Below, piece after piece: positions 26,823 to 36,564 of a stretch of 64,000 bases of DNA. The position numbers and the translations under genes were made by a program. Origin of the DNA: Setoptus koraiensis (lineage: Eukaryota > Animalia > Arthropoda); contig CM106585.1 of the NCBI GenBank assembly GCA_048013815.1, positions 6,882,001 to 6,946,000 on the forward strand. Reading direction: 5' to 3'. How positions within the stretch are numbered: the stretch's first letter is position 1; each line of letters starts with the position of its first letter. The notes under the pieces were generated by a model. That model worked only from the letters and a program-made list of their open reading frames with translations. It did no database searches and was not told the origin of the DNA.

Positions 26823-29800
26823 ATGAACTTTTCCAGGCTTGTGGAGGAAAAGCGGTCCTCTGAGGCCTCCAAGCCCACGATGGATGGACAAGTTTGGATC
26901 ATATTCAAGCATTTCTTCTTATTGAAGAGAAGACACTTCATTAGAACATTCCTGGAGCTATATTGTCCCATTTACCTAATTGGATTAGGTGTTTACTTCC
27001 TGATAACTCAGGAATACCGAAAAGCTCATGGACCTAAGGATTCTTTTACCATGGATGCACTTCCACCGATTATGGTGGGTGCATTATCTGCGCATTTCTT
27101 TTTTTCTATTGTTTGGCTCATCACTGAAAAATGCGACGGATTTCGTTTGCTCATGCACACAATGGGCCTCAAAAAATCCTCATACTATTTAGGTGTGTCA
27201 TTTGCAATGCTTTCGATATCATTGACAATTAGTATCATTGCTGGCTGTATACTTATAAATTTGGTCAGCGATGCACTTCAAATACCATTCGCAATATTTC
27301 CGTTGCTCTTCATAATTTACCCAATACAACTAACAAGCATAGTGTTCGCGCTGGGCAGTCTCATAAATTCACCATATCTATCTCTATTAACAATACTTTT
27401 ACCACCGATCGGCGTTGGGATCGACATCATGATATGCACTAGTTCTATCGAAAACATATTTCTTAAATTTATTCTTACGATTTTATCCCATATATCACCG
27501 TGGACGGCTACGAAGTCGATGCTTCAAGAAGCAAAACTATGGAGCGACACACATGGAGTTCATGTGCTCTGTGCAAATCCCTATCCGATCCCTCATTTTT
27601 TCAGTTTGCTTTTAATGATCCTTTGGTCAACAGTTATGTACTCATTTGCTTGGTATTTTGATTCCATATGTCCATGGCAAACACTGAAATCGCCAGAGCC
27701 TATATTATATTGCCGCAAGAAAAAAACTCAGCGTTCATTGAAGACCGATGAAGAACTGAAAGAAGTTACGGACCCTTTCGTTGGGCACGATAGAAATTAT
27801 TTCGAGCTAGCACCACAAAATAAACTACCGGGTATTTACATCGATGATGTAACAAAGCAATTTTCAGGTTCTGGAACTATCGTCGATTCGTTGTCACTGA
27901 GCGTATACAGGGGCCAAACAACATTGCTTCTTGGGCACAACGGTGCTGGAAAAACCACCCTGATGAACATGATCCTCGGCAATTTGGCGCCAAATCAGGG
28001 AAAAATCTACATAAATGGCTACGATATTGATACTTGCTCCGAGGATGCTCGCATTGGTCTCGGTGTGTGTCCCCAACAAAGTATATTGATGGAAAATTTG
28101 ACGGTAGATGAACACTTGTATTTGTTCGCCGGTATCAAATGCAACTATCGGGGCATTGTCAAACAGCAGCACATTGATGTGATTCTTCGAAATGTAGGAT
28201 TGCTCGAGCAGCGAGGCAAACTATGCCGCCGACTCTCTGGTAGTGAGAAACGGAAGCTCAGTCTTGCATTGGCCTTTGTAGGCGATAGTAACGTTCTTAT
28301 TTTAGACGAGCCAAGTTCTGGAGTTGATGCCGAATCTAGAAAATTTCTATGGGACATAATAAGAATGTATAGATCAAGTCGAACAGTATTGTTGTCCACG
28401 CAACACATGGAAGAAGCCGACTATCTAGGTGACAGAGTAGCCATTATGAGTTCGGGGAAAATAGTTTGCTGTGGCTCGTCTGTTTTCTTGAAGAAAGCGT
28501 TTGGATCTGCGTACAGGCTTCGGTTAGAATGCCTCAGAGGTAGCCACGACTCAGTCATGTCGAAAGTGTCCCATTACTTTCCGGTCGCCGAAATAGAGGG
28601 TTCGAAAAATCAAGTGAGCGCAGAGCAGAATTCGCAATATCTCGACACCATTGTCAAGCTCATACCCAGCGGCAGTAACGATTATGATGATCAGCTTATT
28701 CAATTGTTAGACGATCTAGAGCAAAACCACACAAGTTTGGGAATCAAGTCATTTGGTCTGAGTTGCTCAACAATTGAGGACGTGCTTCTGAACTCAGCGA
28801 AAACTTTCAGTACCCCATGGATTCAATCAGATGAAAACATAGCTAACGAGCTGGAAACCTTAACTAGCAAAATTTTCGTCGCCGGGAAATTCAAGCAAGA
28901 AGACAACCCGAGTTTATTTTTTTCGGAGATGCCATTGATACTCATTAAGAAACATTTCACAGAGGCTCACCGAAGCATTTGGTCAGATCTATTTTGGCGT
29001 TTCATTCTGGCTGCAATTGTCCTGTACTTAACGACAGTGGTACTATTCACTCTTAGAGGTTCTGTGGGAATATGGTTTAACTTTTTCCCGCTTACTATTT
29101 TGATGGTCAGTTTCATCAGAAATCCCTTGACTGAGAAAACTAGCAAATTCAAGATCATACAATTATGCTCTAAGGCAACCTATTGGCACTATTGGTTTTC
29201 ACGATTCATCATGGACCTTGTGTACGTCATATTGTGCTCATTTATTCTCATTCCTTGCATCAAGTTTGTATTTGGAGCAACAATGGCAGATTTCGGTTTC
29301 ATCTTCTTATTGATGATGCTCGTATTATGTGCTGCCTTATTGCTGTTGGCATACATATTGTCAACCTGTAACACAAATCTATTTACTGGTGTTTTAATTT
29401 ACATAATCCTGTTGCACACGCACAAGGTGATGTTATTTTCAATTGCCATTTTTCGACTTTTTATAACCAATCTGAATGACGACCTTATACAGGATTTAAC
29501 TATTGATAAACACTGCTCTGGCCTCTATTATGTAATTCCAACCGTGACTGCTGAATGGACAGTGGTACATGGTTTCAAAGAGGCTGAGAACAATGTCAAT
29601 GCCATCGCATGGCAGGGTTTGATTGTTATATCAATGCAATCGTTGGCGTTTGCAATTATCCTAGCCTTAGTAGAGAGAAAGCGAGTGAATCTTCTCGGTT
29701 TTCTTTCGCCGCGCTTATATTTTACTGACAAGAGGCCCAGTGGCTTGGAAAATTTGGACAAGGATGTAGCCAATGAGAGAATCAGGGCAACGAATATCAT

Positions 29801-30878
29801 GGAAAACCCCTCGGATCGGATCAACCATGCTCTGGTGGTCAAGGATTTGACCAAGTTATACACACGCAACAATAGAGCGGTCGATGGTCTGACATTCACA
29901 GTTGGTAGATCGGAATGTTTCGGATTATTAGGGCCGAAAAATGCTGGTAAATCAACGGTATTCTCGATGTTAACAGGCGATATTCGTTCTGACTACGGCC
30001 GTATTCTGTGTTATAATATCGGCGCAGATGACAGCATCGAGGCCTACCGCGAAAATATCGGCTATGATCCGCAATCTAGTCCTGAGCTGAGCCTATCACC
30101 TGTCCAGGCGCTTCAATTTATGGCAAGATTGCGCGGCATAAACGAGGACGCCATTCAATCGATTGTGGAATCATTCTTAGTTTTGTTGAGAATGCAAGAG
30201 CATCGCAACAAGTCGATGGCTAAATTATCGGGCGGCAACAAGCGAAAATTATCTTTCGCCTTGGCTGTGATAGGCAATCCCTCTGTTGTGATGTTGGATG
30301 AACCAACTGCCGGAATCGATCCTATGGTCAGACGCAACATATGGCAATTACTGAATGCGCTCAAATCTAAACACGGATCATCTATCATTATGTCGTCGCA
30401 TGCAATGGAAGAGTGTGAGGCTATTTGCGATAGATTGACAATAATGATTCACGGAAGGATGAGATGCATCGGATCTGTTCAGCATTTGAGATCGAAATTT
30501 GGGCAGGGTTACAATGTTAGAATTCAGTTCGACTCCACCACAGGCGAAGACAATCACAAAGAGCAAATTAAAGTTATCAATGACTATCTATCGGACAGTT
30601 TACGAACCTCTGTGCTAATGGACGATGTTAGCACAAATTCAGTTGTTTTCAGGATGACTGATGGAAGAATTGCTAGGTCGTCGATATTTAAGTCGCTGAA
30701 AGCGCTGAAAAGCACCCACACAAACATAAGCTATTTGGTTGGGGATCTGACATTGGAGGATATTTTTGTGCAGCTTGTAAAAGAGCAAAGAGAACCTAGA
30801 GAACAGCTTAGAAACTGGTTTCATTTTTCTGGCGTACATTTGGGCATTATTGAGGAGCGTACCAGTGTAATAGTATAA
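26823..30878 (+). CDS. ABC transporter subfamily A, full transporter, intronless, 1351 aa, with both extracellular domains nearly absent
   Basis: TMD-NBD-TMD-NBD layout. NBD1: GHNGAGKT, LSGSEKRKLS, LDEPSSG. NBD2: GPKNAGKS, LSGGNKRKLS, LDEPTAG. ABCA-type motifs EK..G.R.LM..MGL and HLRSKFGQGY. Confidence 0.92.
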   Translation: MNFSRLVEEKRSSEASKPTMDGQVWIIFKHFFLLKRRHFIRTFLELYCPIYLIGLGVYFLITQEYRKAHGPKDSFTMDALPPIMVGALSAHFFFSIVWLITEKCDGFRLLMHTMGLKKSSYYLGVSFAMLSISLTISIIAGCILINLVSDALQIPFAIFPLLFIIYPIQLTSIVFALGSLINSPYLSLLTILLPPIGVGIDIMICTSSIENIFLKFILTILSHISPWTATKSMLQEAKLWSDTHGVHVLCANPYPIPHFFSLLLMILWSTVMYSFAWYFDSICPWQTLKSPEPILYCRKKKTQRSLKTDEELKEVTDPFVGHDRNYFELAPQNKLPGIYIDDVTKQFSGSGTIVDSLSLSVYRGQTTLLLGHNGAGKTTLMNMILGNLAPNQGKIYINGYDIDTCSEDARIGLGVCPQQSILMENLTVDEHLYLFAGIKCNYRGIVKQQHIDVILRNVGLLEQRGKLCRRLSGSEKRKLSLALAFVGDSNVLILDEPSSGVDAESRKFLWDIIRMYRSSRTVLLSTQHMEEADYLGDRVAIMSSGKIVCCGSSVFLKKAFGSAYRLRLECLRGSHDSVMSKVSHYFPVAEIEGSKNQVSAEQNSQYLDTIVKLIPSGSNDYDDQLIQLLDDLEQNHTSLGIKSFGLSCSTIEDVLLNSAKTFSTPWIQSDENIANELETLTSKIFVAGKFKQEDNPSLFFSEMPLILIKKHFTEAHRSIWSDLFWRFILAAIVLYLTTVVLFTLRGSVGIWFNFFPLTILMVSFIRNPLTEKTSKFKIIQLCSKATYWHYWFSRFIMDLVYVILCSFILIPCIKFVFGATMADFGFIFLLMMLVLCAALLLLAYILSTCNTNLFTGVLIYIILLHTHKVMLFSIAIFRLFITNLNDDLIQDLTIDKHCSGLYYVIPTVTAEWTVVHGFKEAENNVNAIAWQGLIVISMQSLAFAIILALVERKRVNLLGFLSPRLYFTDKRPSGLENLDKDVANERIRATNIMENPSDRINHALVVKDLTKLYTRNNRAVDGLTFTVGRSECFGLLGPKNAGKSTVFSMLTGDIRSDYGRILCYNIGADDSIEAYRENIGYDPQSSPELSLSPVQALQFMARLRGINEDAIQSIVESFLVLLRMQEHRNKSMAKLSGGNKRKLSFALAVIGNPSVVMLDEPTAGIDPMVRRNIWQLLNALKSKHGSSIIMSSHAMEECEAICDRLTIMIHGRMRCIGSVQHLRSKFGQGYNVRIQFDSTTGEDNHKEQIKVINDYLSDSLRTSVLMDDVSTNSVVFRMTDGRIARSSIFKSLKALKSTHTNISYLVGDLTLEDIFVQLVKEQREPREQLRNWFHFSGVHLGIIEERTSVIV

Positions 30879-31870
30879 GTCAGATGGATGTGCACAATTG
30901 ATTGAGAAGCTCGTAATCGCTGTAGAAAATGTAACAAATTTCAAATATAACATTCGATGCAATTGAAATTTTGACCAATAGAAACCGAATTGCCACAAAT
31001 GCAATGAGAGTCTTTGCTTTCCAATCAAATTGACGAAACGCACTTCTTATGTCGGGAAAGCGATAGGTGTTGTCTAGATACAGTTGTTTATTGAAGAACC
31101 CATTTGGCAGAGCGGCGAGCATAAGTTGTTGAAGCAACGCATTCAATTAAACCAATTGGAAAAAATCGGTTTTCTTAAAACCTGAAGATTAAGGGCGCCT
31201 GCCGGTTGATTGATGGATACGCTCGAAGTTCAATCTACGCAATAGCCAGACTGGCACGGCGAGGTTATTTGGCCCGAAACGATGGGGGCAGTCTAGATGA
31301 GAGCATCACCAATGACGAAAGAATACAAAAATGGATTTGCGCAGTTCAATATTGCCAGGGTCTTCTGATTGTGCATGTCAATGTCGATTTAGAGCAAGAT
31401 AGCCCGCTGAAGTTAGAAAAAGATGGTCCGAATGGGCATGCACTTGTCGTTGACGTTATGTTATAAAACAATGTAGCTGTGATGGTACTATGTCTAAAAA
31501 CGAACTCTGGCCGTCCAAGCGTCGTCTTTTATACCTATCTTCTGTGTTGCCGCTGTTGGCCAGTACTTTGTAGTGTTGCAACATCGCCCATCTTATCTTA
31601 TCATTCACCTTATCATAAGTATTGCCATAAATATAAATCAAATATTAAACAGAATTTATAGTTATAATCAACCCAGTCAGAAGATAAAATAATTTCAAGG
31701 TATACTCACTTTTCTGTTCTCCAAAGGTATCGGTAGGCTTGTAACAATTCATTTGAAACTTTATCTCTGGGATGGATCGGATCCCTGAACTGTAGCTGAC
31801 AAGTTGTGTGATGCACGATGATCAACTTGATTGGGCGCTTGTTTGGAACATGCCATAGCAATGAATATGC

Positions 31871-31960
31871 CTCTTCACGATAATGAATGGGAAAGTTCGA
31901 TAATCATTGATTGATTAATCTCAATTTTTATCGATCTTTCCCATTCATTATCGTGAAGAG
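31871..31960. repeat. Hairpin: 33-bp inverted repeat (one mismatch) with a 24-nt loop
   Basis: CTCTTCACGATAATGAATGGGAAAGTTCGATAA (31871-31903) pairs with TTATCGATCTTTCCCATTCATTATCGTGAAGAG (31928-31960). Confidence 0.9.
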
Positions 31961-32853
31961 AGCTGACGTTTCCTGTGGGTAATCAGCGCGTGCGGCAATA
32001 AATATTGTTACCAATGGGCTAGATTGTTTTCTTCACGCGAGCTGTGACGTTTAGATGTGTTTATTTTCCATCGACGTATGGTAAACAAATCCAAATTGGA
32101 TCTGCAAGTGGTTTTGGCTTCATTGCGCATTCATATCACATGGAGCGGCCAAGAGAATAGTTTCTACTAACATTATTTAACAATCACAAAGTAAAGTGAT
32201 GATAACAAAAAGAGTCTCTCGGAGTGGTCGGCTTACTTGCGGATCATACGACCGGAATGGGGACTCCAGCCGACTGCTACCATTAGATACTGGCGACTTT
32301 TTTTGTGTTCACCGTCGGCCCGAATGCAATTACATGAGCTTCTTCGTGTCAGACATGCTTCAGCCGGGTGCTCAATTTCATCACTATGGTGCTTAAAAGG
32401 GCCCATGAGGCAGGATTATCGCCCTATGTTTATTGCGACTGGATGAACTTTTGCGCATGTGATTTTTATTGGTGACTTCACCAAGAGCACACTGTATCGA
32501 CAAAGATTACACCTAATCATTTGTCACTCGTTGCAAAAAAACAATGGTCACATACTCGCTAATAAAATAAAATCATTAAGATCGCAACGTTAGTAGCCTG
32601 CAATCAATTCGTAACTATTAATCACTCGTTACTATATATAAAATCGACATAAACCACCGTTCGAACAATAGGAAAAGGATTAAAGATTTATTGCGTATGA
32701 AGGCGACGACCAAGCAGTTTTGTTGAAATCGAAATTTGTCCTAGTTCCCTACAAATGTTAGACTATCGATTGTGAGTAATTATAATTCAATTATTGCGAA
32801 GCTGATCATCGCACTTTCAATATTCGGCTTCGAATTTCTTGAAAGAGAGAAAG

Positions 32854-32861
32854 TATTTAAA
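32854..32861 (+). promoter_or_regulatory. TATA-like box TATTTAAA of peptide gene 1; the same motif is at 37548 and 39980 for genes 2 and 3
   Basis: Conserved GTATTTAAACTC 141-154 nt upstream of the ATG in all three paralogues. Confidence 0.55.
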
Positions 32862-32998
32862 CTCTCTGTTCTACTCTCTGATACCATTAGTCAATAACTG
32901 AACTAACAATCAGCATCAAATAAATAAGCAGTTGTCATTTATCGTATAACATAACTCGCAAGACACAAAACCATCCGACCGGACGTAACTAATAGAAC

Positions 32999-33193
32999 AT
33001 GATGAATAATTCTTTCGTTGTATGTCTCTGCTTGTTCGCTTTCCTCCTGGTAGCCACACCGGATATAATACAACCATGCTATGGACAAGATCTTACTGGA
33101 GGACTTAACAGACTTATAGAGACTCTTCTTAACTCTATAGATGAGGCACAAGTACAAACAATCAATGGCGTACAAGCGCTAGGACGCAAATAG
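32999..33193 (+). CDS. Small secreted peptide precursor, copy 1 (64 aa)
   Basis: Signal peptide MMNNSFVVCLCLFAFLLVATPDIIQPCYG shared with two paralogues, conserved leader DNA, and C-terminal GRK. Confidence 0.8.
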   Translation: MMNNSFVVCLCLFAFLLVATPDIIQPCYGQDLTGGLNRLIETLLNSIDEAQVQTINGVQALGRK

Positions 33194-33462
33194 TCCATCT
33201 CTGATCAATCATCAGCTGACCAACTAGCAACGAAATGGTTCGTCACAGACGCGAAAGATCTACAAATATACATACGCATATATGACGGAACTACTCTTAG
33301 ATTTGGCCGGCTAAATATGAAATAAAAAACACAACTAGGTTGTAGCAGAATCAAGATTGAAGATTGAAAATTAATGAGAGTGAGTCTGCGACTGGGGGCC
33401 AATTCAATTCTGTTGGATTCTGTCGGATGTGTTCTGTTCTGTTGCTTCTCTCGATACATTTC

Positions 33463-34445
33463 ATGGGTGTTCTTGCGATTAGGTCCCCACTCAGATTTCG
33501 ATGAAACTTCACACATGGGTCCCGTAGGGGCCCCATATCATGGAATGAGTAGACCGGAAGCCAGGAAACCTCCGGTTCCGGAGTTACTAAAAGATTGAGA
33601 TAGAGCTTTGAAAATTCATAATCGGATAGATGACGCCTAGCGGAGCACGATGAAATCAAAATTAATCTTCTGCCACTTCCGGTTACCTAGATATAGCTGT
33701 TTAACGCAAAAAAGGGTGTGGCCGGGCCCTGTGCGGTCGCGATGAGCGGACCCATCCTGTGCCTCGTGCGCGCAACACCCTGTATCCATGTCTGTTTCGG
33801 TCATTTTAACCCTGAATATCAACGAATTAGTGTGATAATAAAATTTGAGATGAAAATTATTACAACAAATGGATGGATAAAGTGTCCTGGTGTAGCATTC
33901 ATCTCATTATGTCTCCAATCCAGTTGTTCCTACTTGTCTCATCCTTATTTTTCATTCCCCCCTTCATTTGTGTATGGATTGCAGTCATGTGAGCGGAGGG
34001 TAGAGGGCGCAGCCCGATACCCGAAGCGCTCATCAACCCTACCCGAAGGGTTCCCGTCGCACGCAGTCGTCGCGGTAGCGACGACGGAGATGTTACGGCC
34101 TCCAGCGTACGAGGCCGCAGGCCGAGTTCTCAGACACACCGCATGTGCATCCCTGAGCGCAGCGAAGCAATAATTTGGTCACTTCCGGTATTCTAGACCC
34201 AGTAATATCTCTATATCTCGGAAACCGGAAGTCGCACAGAGCTGAAAATTATGTCATCGTGTTTAGCGTAGCTTGAAACGTCTGTGTAGTGAATTTCAGA
34301 GCTCTAGCTTTAACTTTATGTAAAACCGGAACCGGAAGTTTCCTGGCTTCCGGACCACTTTTTTCGTCTTAGTTAGGTCAGAATAGACCTATACCGGAAG
34401 TTTCATCAAGATCCGGTTGGGGACCTAATCGCTAGAACAACCCAT
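33463..34445. mobile_element. Foldback/MITE-like element with long imperfect inverted arms (about 33463-33696 and 34211-34445)
   Basis: ATGGGTGTTCTTGCGATTAGGTCCCC versus GGGGACCTAATCGCTAGAACAACCCAT. ACCGGAAGCCAGGAAACCTCCGGTTCCGG versus CCGGAACCGGAAGTTTCCTGGCTTCCGG. It interrupts the homology between peptide repeat units. No TSD identified. Confidence 0.6.
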
Positions 34446-35530
34446 TTCATAATTTGAAATTTGAAGGAATAAATTCAAATTATCAGGGAGCGGAGACAAA
34501 TGAAATTCCAACTCAAGAGGTGAGCTGCGCGATCCTCACAGACCAAATTGTTTCGCTTTTCACCTAGACAGGGATTTTGTCATCCTTACTCACAGCGGCA
34601 ATCATGACCGTTTATGATCGACAGTTGGCTTGATATGTAGTCACATCTAGGCAACCCATATCGGCTCTGTTTGGACCTGGGTGGTCAATTTTCGCCAGCT
34701 TATGATTCATGACAGCTCGGTGTTGGCTCGTTCTGGCAATTAGAGGTGCGCTCGGATATCCACGGCGGATATCCGATCTGTTTTGAAAAAGATTTCGGGT
34801 GTTGTTCGGAATACGTACCAAGCCCAATTTCCTTCAAACTTCACACATGAGCCCCGAAGGGGCCCCAAAGAACAAATAAAGTGGTCCGGGAGCGCGGAAA
34901 TTTCTACTTCCGGAGATATAGAAAAATGCCTTTTTCGGGTCTCAGAGGGGCCTCAGATTTCAAATTTTTGTATGATCGTCTAGATCCAGATGCTATCTAT
35001 GTGAAAGCGTTGAGATAAATCTTTTACATCAACTCGTTCGCGAGCTATTCCACAATAAGTGCACGTCACACTTCCGGTTCTAAAACTGATTCGGCTGTAC
35101 TACCAACTAGTTACGGTCTCTAAAGCAAGTTCACACCCTATATGAAAGAAACCCGGCCCGATCACGGGCCCCGCCCATTCGACTCCCAGTCCTCGGGAAG
35201 AATCTTTTTTAGTTTGGTGGCCGTCAGTCGTCCCGCCGGAGGCTTCATGTTGACTTGCCATTGACAGATAACCGGCTTAATTGATCATTTGTATCACTTC
35301 AAGAGTGATAATTATGTTTGAACGTCATCTAGTGCTTGTATAATATGCTAAACTAACTTGTCAAGCATGCTATTGACACAGATCAATGCCTAGAGTGACA
35401 CCAATCTATGCAAAAGAGAGCTAATTTAGCTTTGGAACATGTTAGTCCAACAAGTTTGCACACGAGCATGAGTGAAAAAATGGCGCAAAATTTTGTGCAA
35501 CATTACTATTCAATACTATTGTATGCGACT

Positions 35531-35635
35531 ATTGTAATGTATTTATACTAAATTGTAATGTATTTATACTAAATTGTAATGTATTTATACTGAATTGTAA
35601 TGTATTTATACTAAATTGTAATGTATTTATGCTAA
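35531..35635. repeat. Tandem repeat, 5 x 21 bp (ATTGTAATGTATTTATACTAA), enclosed by a 19-bp inverted repeat (35526-35544 / 35634-35652)
   Basis: Read directly. Units start at 35531, 35552, 35573, 35594 and 35615. Confidence 0.95.
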
Positions 35636-35640
35636 ATACA

Positions 35641-35904
35641 TTACAATAGTCGTACTACAAATTGTTGTAGTGCTTCGATCGCAGCAACCTGTAATCGGTA
35701 TCCACGAAATTTTTCGTTTTCTTGAAAAACTTCTCTAACTAACTTGAGGGAGTCCTTCCTTGGGATCTCAATGTTTGTCGTATTTTCGAGATATTGGATT
35801 TTTTTTAGGAATAGTTTCTTCCATCTACGATCTAGCCTTTCTGCCATTTCTTTTCTTGTTTCGGTTCTAGAGGTTGACATTTTTGCTGTTTTCGGTCTAA
35901 CCAT
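35641..35904 (-). CDS. Highly divergent, C-terminally truncated histone H3-like protein (87 aa) with Met at the K9-equivalent position; may be a pseudogene
   Basis: ATG in an ACCATGG context. [21 protein letters not shown] aligns to [65 protein letters not shown] aligns to [43 protein letters not shown]. Confidence 0.75.
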   Translation of the reverse strand: [87 protein letters not shown]

Positions 35905-35958
35905 GGTTGTTAAAAATGATTTTCTTTGTTGATAATGTAATAATATACTAATATATCT

Positions 35959-36564
35959 ATGATAGTGTGTATAATATAATGTGGTGGATACGATGTTTCT
36001 TCGATTCGACGGGAGAGAAGACGACAACAACAAGACGATCCTGACAGATATCGGAACGAAACAAATCGTCATGGTCTTGTTGTTCGAATAAGACTCAGAC
36101 CATCATGTCCAGAATGTCGTCATGACATCAAAGCTGTTTATTCTTTGAGTCTAGAAGAAGTCGAGCCCGATCCTGAGTTAGAATTGGGGCAGAACGAGCT
36201 ACAAGAACAGGGGCAAGTAGAGCCACAACAGGTGCAAGAAGAACATCAACGGGTGCAAGAAGAGTATCAACATGCGCAAGTTGAGCGCCAAGAACGAGCT
36301 CAAGAAGAGATAGCAAACCAAGAAGAAGAGATTCGAAACCAACAAGATAGGATTGAGCAACAACGAGATGGTCGTCCACATTCGGTAGTGATCTTGGAGT
36401 CGCTTGGAAGAGGTATAAGCATAAAACATCTCACCCGATTCTCTGACAACAGTGAGAGATGGATGCCGAAATCCTTGATTGAGACCAGCGAAGCCTGGGC
36501 CGAATGGCAACGGACCAGAGGCCAAAGAAACATGAGACATCACCGAGCGAGGAATCAAAATTGA
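35959..36564 (+). CDS. Half-RING (CPECR) / E-Q-rich coiled coil / chromodomain-like ORF; ATG 35959 is followed by an in-frame TAA at 35977 and the frame is then open 35980-36564; possibly decaying
   Basis: The track ORF 36145-36564 extends upstream in frame through RPSCPECRHDIKAVYSL. The C-terminal VVILESLGRGISIKHLTRFSDNSERWMPKSLIETSEAWAEWQ resembles a chromodomain. AATAAA motifs near 36644-36664. Confidence 0.5.

Noticed and set aside
26194-26826. Three long ORFs in the track across 26.2-26.8 kb
   Set aside because: They are made of the N gap.
35160-35210. TTCGACTCCC T-loop-like motif followed by a T6 tract (tRNA or SINE?)
   Set aside because: No T-stem pairing, D-arm or acceptor stem could be built.
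35531-35635. CRISPR-like array
   Set aside because: The units are contiguous with no spacers, and the context is eukaryotic with no cas genes.
35505-35640. Minus-strand translation of the 21-bp array (HKYITI) resembling H3 HAKRVTI
   Set aside because: The sequence is the reverse complement of the ORF end and is full of stops, so the resemblance is explained by the hairpin.
35641-35904. CENP-A/CenH3 identity for the H3-like ORF (longer loop 1, divergent fold)
   Set aside because: The N-terminal tail aligns with canonical H3, which CenH3 tails normally do not, and the CATD/alpha3 region is truncated.
35905-36072. 56-aa N-terminal extension of the H3-like ORF in the track
   Set aside because: H3 homology and a strong Kozak context start at ATG 35904. 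The extension is antisense to the partner ORF.
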